Position numbers and translations under genes: made by a program. Source: Octopus bimaculoides (lineage: Eukaryota). Taken from it: DNA of 39,401 nucleotides. The DNA lies in the NCBI RefSeq assembly GCF_001194135.2, contig NC_068983.1, positions 167,041,357-167,080,757 on the forward strand. The letters are read 5' to 3'. The notes beneath the pieces were generated by a model. The model was not told the origin of the DNA. It did not search any database and saw nothing but the letters and a program-made list of their open reading frames with translations. This document shows positions 32,565-39,401 of this stretch, one piece after another. Position 1 is the stretch's first letter; every line of letters begins with the position of its first letter.

Positions 32565-33528
32565 GAGAGTTTCGTGTGTATATGTGAAACACTAGAGGTA
32601 GTCGATAGCTTCCGCTATCTGGGCGACCAAGTTAGTAGTGGGGGTGGGTGCGCTGAAAGTGTAGCTGCTAGAATAAGAATAGCCTGGGCAAAGTTTAGAG
32701 AGCTCTTACCCCTGCTGGCGACAAAGGGACTCTCACTCAGACTAAAAGGCAGACTGTATGACGCATGCGTACGAACAACCATGCTACATGGCAGTGAAAC
32801 ATGGGCTGTAACTGCTGAGGACATACGTAAGCTCGCAAGGAATGAAGCCAGTATGCTCCGTTGGATGTGTAATGTCAATGTGAATACCCGTCAGAGTGTA
32901 AGTATCTTGAGAGAAAAGCTAAACATTAGAAGCATCAGTTGTGGCGTGCNNNNNNNNNNNNNNNNNNNNNNNNNNNNNNNNNNNNNNNNNNNNNNNNNNN
33001 NNNNNNNNNNNNNNNNNNNNNNNNNNNNNNNNNNNNNNNNNNNNNNNNNNNNNNNNNNNNNNNNNNNNNNNNNNNNNNNNNNNNNNNNNNNNNNNNNNNN
33101 NNNNNNNNNNNNNNNNNNNNNNNNNNNNNNNNNNNNNNNNNNNNNNNNNNNNNNNNNNNNNNNNNNNNNNNNNNNNNNNNNNNNNNNNNNNNNNNNNNNN
33201 NNNNNNNNNNNNNNNNNNNNNNNNNNNNNNNCAGTACCGCCTGACTGGCTCCTGTAGGATTTTCGAGCGAGATCGTTGCCAGTGCCCCTGGACTGGCTTG
33301 TGCGGGTGGCACATAAAAGACACCATTTCGAGCGTGGCCGTTTTCGTGCGGGTGACACGTAAAAGTACCCACTACACTCTCTGAGTGGTTGGCGTTAGGA
33401 AGGGCATCCAGCTGTAGAAACTCTGCCAAATCAGACTGGAGCCTGGTGTTGCCATCCGGTTTCACCAGTCCTCAGTCAAATCGTCCAACCCATGCTAGCA
33501 TGGAAAGCGGACGTTAAACGATGATGAT
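32565..33528 (+). mobile_element. 5'-truncated RTE-clade LINE with 3' UTR and (GAT)n tail
   Basis: Open frame 32583-32949: LEVVDSFRYLGD..ARIRIAWAKFRELLPLL..RLYDACVRTTMLHGSETW. After the gap comes the family C tail. Confidence 0.9.
32950..33231. other. Assembly gap
   Basis: N run. Confidence 1.
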
Positions 33529-33633
33529 ACATACACACACACACACACACACATACAGACATATGTATGTATATATATATGTGTGTGTGTGTGTATATGT
33601 ATGTATATATATATGTGTGTGTGTGTGTATATG

Positions 33634-33681
<48 letters not shown>

Positions 33682-33684
<3 letters not shown>

Positions 33685-33850
33685 GGGTTGGACAAAATGG
33701 AAAAACAAAGAACTAGGATCTTTTTTAAATTCTTCCAACCATCTGAATTTTTTTCAAATTTACACCAAATTTTTATCAAATTTTTTACTCAGGTGTAGTT
33801 TTGCTAATTACGAAATTCATGGTAATTTTTTTCTAGGAAATATTAGTCAA
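33682..33850 (+). mobile_element. Tc1-like terminal fragment
   Basis: TA + caggggttggacaaaatggaaaaac resembles a Tc1-type TIR; no partner TIR in the window. Confidence 0.4.
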
Positions 33851-34106
33851 AAAAAGTTACAAGTCTTTAAAATTACATAATTTCTGGTGGTTGGAGAGAG
33901 TTTAAAATGATCTAATAAAAACAAAGCCTCATGGAAGGGGAAAGGGCATAGTCGATTTTTATTTACCCCCCACCCCTATCTTTTCTTTCAATAATTGACT
34001 GATTGTTATATTTTTTATTGGGCCCAGAAGGGGAAATGTAAAGTTGAGCTTTGTCAAGTTTTGAATTCAAGCGAAGTATTCTGACAACAGAAACAACATG
34101 CAATTA

Positions 34107-35015
34107 TCTCCTACACATGTGGGAAATTCTGTTTGTAGCTGCGTTTGTGGATTTGTTAGCTAACTCCTCCTACATTGTTTTATCGATTTTGATGAAACTT
34201 GACACGTAAGTACAACTCATGTCTGGAAACCTCATGGCATACTCAGATTGTTGAACAAAATCGATAATAGGGCCCCTGAAAGGGTTCCTTATATATATCT
34301 AATATAATTTCTTTTAACAGCCAAGGAAAATAACCCATTCGCCCTTGGAAGGGATCCTTATATATAGCCAAGGTAAATAACCCATTCATTTTCCTAAATT
34401 ATTTGGTATAAATCAAATTGTGTATGCTTATTTCTTAGTATTTGAACTGTTAGAGATATTTTCACAATTTATCCAGTACAACCCTTAAACAAGTAAATAG
34501 TATTTTCCTAAACAATCGATTCACTTATTTCGGTTAGTGATTATTCACGAAAATACCAACACTAGCACCACTGAGGGTAATATTCGCTGGGAACGCACAA
34601 AAACTCTTTTCAGAGTTACTTACTTTGAATTATCATCTCATATCTGATTAGTCTGTTATTACATAACATGCTTCACAATTTTAGCTTACATACCTTATTA
34701 GTATTTCCTCCTAAGTTCTATATACTTTGGGAACGTATTAAATCCCTTTTCGGGGCTACTTTATTTGAATTCTTTCTATAGGGTAACTAATTTTCATGTT
34801 ATTACTGACTTCACAATTTGGGTATTCATAACTTATTGGAAATTCCTAAAAACAAGATCCTGAGCAAGACAGTTCGGTTTTCTCTGTAAATGCACAAAAA
34901 CCGTTTTAAGGGCTCCATACTTTGTATTGTTGTTATTGGATTAGCGAAACAATTATGAGAACGGAACCAAGGGATAAGCCCCACTTTCCTGTGAATTACC
35001 AGGTACTTCAGCTAG
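34107..35015 (+). mobile_element. Probable non-autonomous Helitron
   Basis: A|TC at 34106/34107; CTAG|T at 35012-35016; imperfect 16-nt palindrome cctgtgaattaccagg (34988-35003) 8 nt before CTAG; no TSD; internal ~140-bp degenerate repeats. Confidence 0.55.
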
Positions 35016-35074
35016 TCTTATAATAACTCTGCTTGTCATTGTGTTACTTAGAACCGTTGGTAACATTTTCTCGT

Positions 35075-35600
35075 GATTAGAGAAAAAGAGGGAAAAAGAA
35101 AAGAAGGAGAGAGAAAAAGAAAGAGGAAGAAAAAGAGAGAGAGAGAGAGAGAAGCATCCATGACATGAGGTAGAAGGAATGTGTGATTAGGTGAAGGGAA
35201 AGAGAGGAGAAAGAAAAAGGAGAAAGAAGAAGAGGACAAGGCAAACAGTGAGACAGAAAGAGGGAGAAAGGAAAAGAGGAAGAAAGGAAAAGAGGGAGAA
35301 AGGAAAAGAGGGAGAAAGGAAAAGAGGGAGAGAAAAGCATCCATGTTGTGAAGTAGGGAGAAACGTAATATTTATTACATGGTTAAAAAAGTTAGTTGAA
35401 GGTGAAAGAAGAGAGTTAAAAATATAATTTTAGCAGAAGGGTGATGTTCTGATGGTGAGGTTAAAGAAAGGCTCAGAGAGAGAGAGAGAGAGAGAGAAGG
35501 AAAGAGAGAGAGAGAAGGAAAGAGAGAGAGAGAAGGAAAGAGAGAGAGAGAAGGAGAGAGAGAGAGAGAAGGAAAGAGAGAGACGGTGATGGTGGTGGTG
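35075..35600. repeat. Purine-rich (GA)n tracts with 16-18-bp tandem units
   Basis: (ggaaaagagggagaaa)n and (gagaaggaaagagagaga)n directly visible. Confidence 0.85.
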
Positions 35601-36051
35601 GAGGTGGTGATGGTGGGAGTGATGGATAGTGAATAGTTTTTGTTTCTTGATTGAACTAAGTTTTTTATATCATCTCTCACTTAATGCATGCGCATAAGTG
35701 CAATTTTGTGAAATATTGATGCTTATTTATGTGGCAGATATGTGCAATTTAAAGGTTGTACTATATGTATGGTGATATTTTTTGTTTTTTGTTTATAGGA
35801 AAAATAAGAGTGAATATTTATTTTATGAGTGTTGTGTATTAAGTCTATAAAATTGTGTATAAAGTTTATATATGAAGTGCATTAAGTAATTATCTTGTTC
35901 TAATTTCCTTCACTTTCCAATGAGTAGCAGATGAACGACTGTCTTTCCATACAGGCACAACTCAGGCTACACTTTTAGGCTTTTTGAATTAAGTTTTCAG
36001 AAATAACCCAATTGGTTGACCATTAATTCTGCGAAATATTCATGGGTCCTG

Positions 36052-36111
<60 letters not shown>

Positions 36112-36114
36112 GCC

Positions 36115-36425
36115 TTCATAGGATTTTCGAGCGAGATCGTTGCCAGTGCCCCTGGACTGGATCTTGTGCAGGTGGCACGTAAAATACACCATTTTGAGCA
36201 TGGCCATTGCCAGTACCGCCTGACTGGCCTTCGTGCAGGTGACACGTAAAAGCACCCACTACACTCTCTGAGTGGTTGGCGTTAGGAAGGGCATCCAGCT
36301 GTAGAAACTCTGCCAAATCAGATTGGAGTCTGGTGTTGCCATCCGGTTTCACCAGTCCTCAGTCAAATCGTCCAACCCATGCTAGCATGGAAAGCGGACG
36401 TTAAACGATGATGATGATGATGATG
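36115..36425 (+). mobile_element. RTE-type 3' tail (family C), young copy
   Basis: Nearly identical to 33250-33528 over the last ~180 bp. Confidence 0.85.
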
Positions 36426-36461
36426 ATACACACACCCTTATATGCATGTATATATGTTTCT

Positions 36462-36640
36462 ATGTGGTCATTCTACTTGATAGAAGTGATATTGACATCT
36501 TTGTCAAATCATACATCCTTGTCTTAAATGAAGAACACATTGGATAATATAATCCTAGATACACTTATGTCTGTTTTAAAAGACTGGATTGTCACAGCAA
36601 GAATGTCTGTGCTAGATAGAAGCTGAATAAAGCTAAACAA
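36462..36640 (+). mobile_element. SINE-like family D
   Basis: tatgtggtcattc..gaacacattggataatataatcctagatacac..gctaaacaacaa. Confidence 0.55.
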
Positions 36641-36727
36641 CAATAACCAAAAAGAAAATATTACTGGTACTTCTACTGCTGCTGCTGCTGCTTCTGATGG
36701 TGGTGGTGGTGGTGGTGGTGGTGGTGG

Positions 36728-36919
36728 NNNNNNNNNNNNNNNNNNNNNNNNNNNNNNNNNNNNNNNNNNNNNNNNNNNNNNNNNNNNNNNNNNNNNNNNN
36801 NNNNNNNNNNNNNNNNNNNNNNNNNNNNNNNNNNNNNNNNNNNNNNNNNNNNNNNNNNNNNNNNNNNNNNNNNNNNNNNNNNNNNNNNNNNNNNNNNNNN
36901 NNNNNNNNNNNNNNNNNNN
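36728..36919. other. Assembly gap inside (GGT)/(CCA) microsatellite
   Basis: N run. Confidence 1.
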
Positions 36920-38069
36920 CCCCCCCACCCACCACCACCACCACTACATTAAAGATGGTGGCCACTAATCCAGATTCTGCTTTCATCTTTGCATTTTCTC
37001 TTATTTTTGTTTTTATTTTTCTCTTCTTGTCATTTCTTATATTTGGGCAATTTTTACACAGTGACTGCAAGAAGCCTATAATTTTCGCAACAATTTTATA
37101 AATTGCCCCAGTTTGAAGGAATGCTTGGTTTGAAGTTGCGGACAATTCTCTGAGGTTTTGACGCTTAATTTTCTATAGATTCCTCAAAAGGCATGAATCT
37201 TTGATTGAGAGAGAGAAAATTATAAATTGTGTGTTTTAAGACAAACCTCATCAATTGAGGCAAATCAAATCAAATGAATAAATAAATAAAATGAAATAAA
37301 AAGAAAGTAAAACAAATCAAAGAAGCTAGTTTCTCACAAAATGGTCCAAGAAGAATTTACCATTCATAAAATATCAACAATTTTAGTGGCATTTAATCTT
37401 TTAATTAATCAAAGACAAAAACTTTTATGATTATGAAAACAGTTTAAGTCCTGAAATAACTTCTATCAGAAGCATTCCCTTGTTTATTCTAAAACAAGGG
37501 GATTTTTAACCCAACTTTTTCCATGCTGTTAATTATAGCTTTATCTACTTCAAGTTCCACAGTTAAAATGATTTGCTCCTCTGATGTTTAAATAAATATA
37601 ACAAACTTTTGAATCATCCACTGCCTTATGCTATCAAAGAAGGGCTTTAGTTTCCCCTGGGGCTTATTTATCTCAAGATTAATTCTTTCCGCAGAGATTT
37701 AATTTCAAGTTCTAGCAGCAACATGTCTCTCCCAATGGGCAAAAATTATCTTCAGAATGAAGAGTGAGAACAGGAAATGGAAGCTGTAACAGAGCCAAAC
37801 CAGTTAGCGATTGTATATATATAAGTTTAGGCTCATTTACCTTTATCAGACTTCACTTCAAAGTTACTGTCAACCTTTTCCTTGTAAAAATTTAATGAAT
37901 ATGTATTCTATTAAAAAGTATCGAGAAATCCTTCTGTTTAAATTTTCTTTATTTTACATAATATATATATAAAAGTATATGTATGTATGCATGTATATAT
38001 GTATGTATGTATGTATGGATGGATGGATGGATGGATGGATGTGTATGTATGTATGTATCTATCTACCTA

Positions 38070-38113
<44 letters not shown>

Positions 38114-38275
38114 CATACATACACATACATATACCCCACTGTATATCATACTTAATGCAAATACACCACAAAGAAAACAAATGAAATGCAGAATTCATAC
38201 AGGGTTAATATTTCTTATGGATGTACACAAATATATGAAGAGCAGAGGAAAAATCATTCAACAGTTGCAGTTAGA

Positions 38276-38320
38276 ATGTTAGATGTGCATTTCAGCCTCT
38301 TTAGGATTCGTCAGTGGCAT
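38276..38320 (-). ncRNA. Degenerate type-I hammerhead-like motif
   Basis: AUGCCA-CUGACGA-AUCCU-aaag-AGGCU-GAAA-U-gcac-A-U-C-UAACAU: core intact, stem II has one mismatch and stem I has two C.A mismatches. Confidence 0.45.
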
Positions 38321-38329
38321 ATACTCTTT

Positions 38330-38890
38330 GCCAACCACATGCTGAGACAGAATCCATCATTATTGATGCATTTTCAACAGGAAGAGTATCTTGCTGTAGA
38401 CAATTTACCTCAATAAATTCTGTTTGATCTTTGCAAGCATGGAAAAGTGGGCATCAAAACGATGACATCATCATCCTCGTCATCATTTAACATCCATTTT
38501 CAATGCTGGCATTGGTTGGATGGTTTGACAGGAATTGGCAATCTGGACAGCTACACTAGGCTCCAATTTTATTTATTTATTTATTTAGTTATTGGCATGG
38601 TTCCTCTGGCTGGATGCCTTTCCTATCACCAGCCACCAGTCAAGGTGGCACTAGCATCAGTACCTGCTTACATGCTACCAGTGCCGGCAGGTTCACCAAG
38701 TACCTTACAAGACAAAAACCCCCTCGGCTAGGAATGGGGAGAAGTAGTGAGTGGGCGTGGCTTTGTGCCAGTTGAGGGGACGGGTGTAGGTGCCCTGCTG
38801 TAGAGTAGGTTCATGGATACTCCAGGTGGAAAAGAAAGGAGAGTTAGAGATTAGGAGAAGGAGAGCAACAGTAAGAGAGATGATAAGAGA
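38330..38890. mobile_element. Two RTE-type tails joined tail-to-tail (+ 38330-38465; - 38460-38890)
   Basis: ..gcatggaaaagtgggcatcaaaacgatga / catcatc..tttaacatccattttcaatgctggc.. Confidence 0.6.
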
Positions 38891-38897
38891 AATGTGT

Positions 38898-38964
38898 TGG
38901 GACAGGCCCTTATGGGACAGGCCCTTGTGGAACAGGCCCTTGTGGGACAGGCCCTTGTGGGACA
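38898..38964. repeat. 15-bp minisatellite (tgggacaggcccttg) x4.5
   Basis: Units start at 38898, 38913, 38928, 38943 and 38958. Confidence 0.95.
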
Positions 38965-39401
38965 TTGGAGATGGTTGTTTTAGATATGTATGCTATTCAG
39001 CATAATTTCTGTCTTCAAAATTTAGCCCAGAAAGTATTTGTAAAACTGAGAAAATGGCAGAAACAGTTGGCCAAGGAGCTGTATGGTGGAATTGAAACTC
39101 TCCCTCATGTGGTTGTGTGGAAGAACCTTCTTATCCATGTTGCAACGTTTGAACTTCGATGTAGGAAGAAGAAAACAATAAGGTTTTAAACGTCTGACAA
39201 ATCTGGAGCAACACTTACCAGATATGATATTCAGGGCACTGAGTCACATACATCCGCTATCATATATGTATATATATATATTTAAAAAAAATTTTTTTTT
39301 ATTTATGTGTTTCAGCCAAGTGGCTGCGGTCATGCTGGTGCACCACCATGATTTTCACGTTCCTTGCATGGCTCTTCTCCCCCACCTGACATGGTCCAAT
39401 C

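Noticed and set aside
32891-33465. Long ORFs of 135-227 aa
   Set aside because: Length is an artefact of the 282-nt N gap; only 32583-32949 is real coding-like sequence.

Overview
AT-rich, repeat-saturated eukaryotic DNA from a draft assembly with four N gaps. The SINE, LINE and MITE families look like those of an octopus (cephalopod) genome; this comes from my recognition of the repeats, not from a database search. No host protein-coding gene can be called with confidence, and only a few weak exon candidates exist. Most long ORFs in the track are microsatellite translations or transposon remnants. Contents: (1) many tRNA-derived SINEs and RTE-type 3' tails; (2) four Dong/R4-like LINE fragments (restriction-like endonuclease type) abutting (TAA)n-type arrays; (3) RTE-clade LINE fragments, one with a PHD-type finger inside the RT region and one ending in three C2H2 fingers; (4) a decayed Penelope-like element (RT plus GIY-YIG); (5) mariner/Tc1 relics, several MITEs and a probable non-autonomous Helitron. 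The most notable signal is seven type-I hammerhead-ribozyme-like motifs of about four designs. One lies in a short element with a tRNA-like pol III head, an (AAT)n spacer and a Penelope-style hammerhead tail. Two form a TSD-flanked inverted pair. One sits in an inverted-repeat-bounded insert inside the Penelope ORF. Together they suggest a set of ribozyme-bearing, Penelope-mobilised non-autonomous retroelements. All structural calls were made by eye and need computational and biochemical confirmation.
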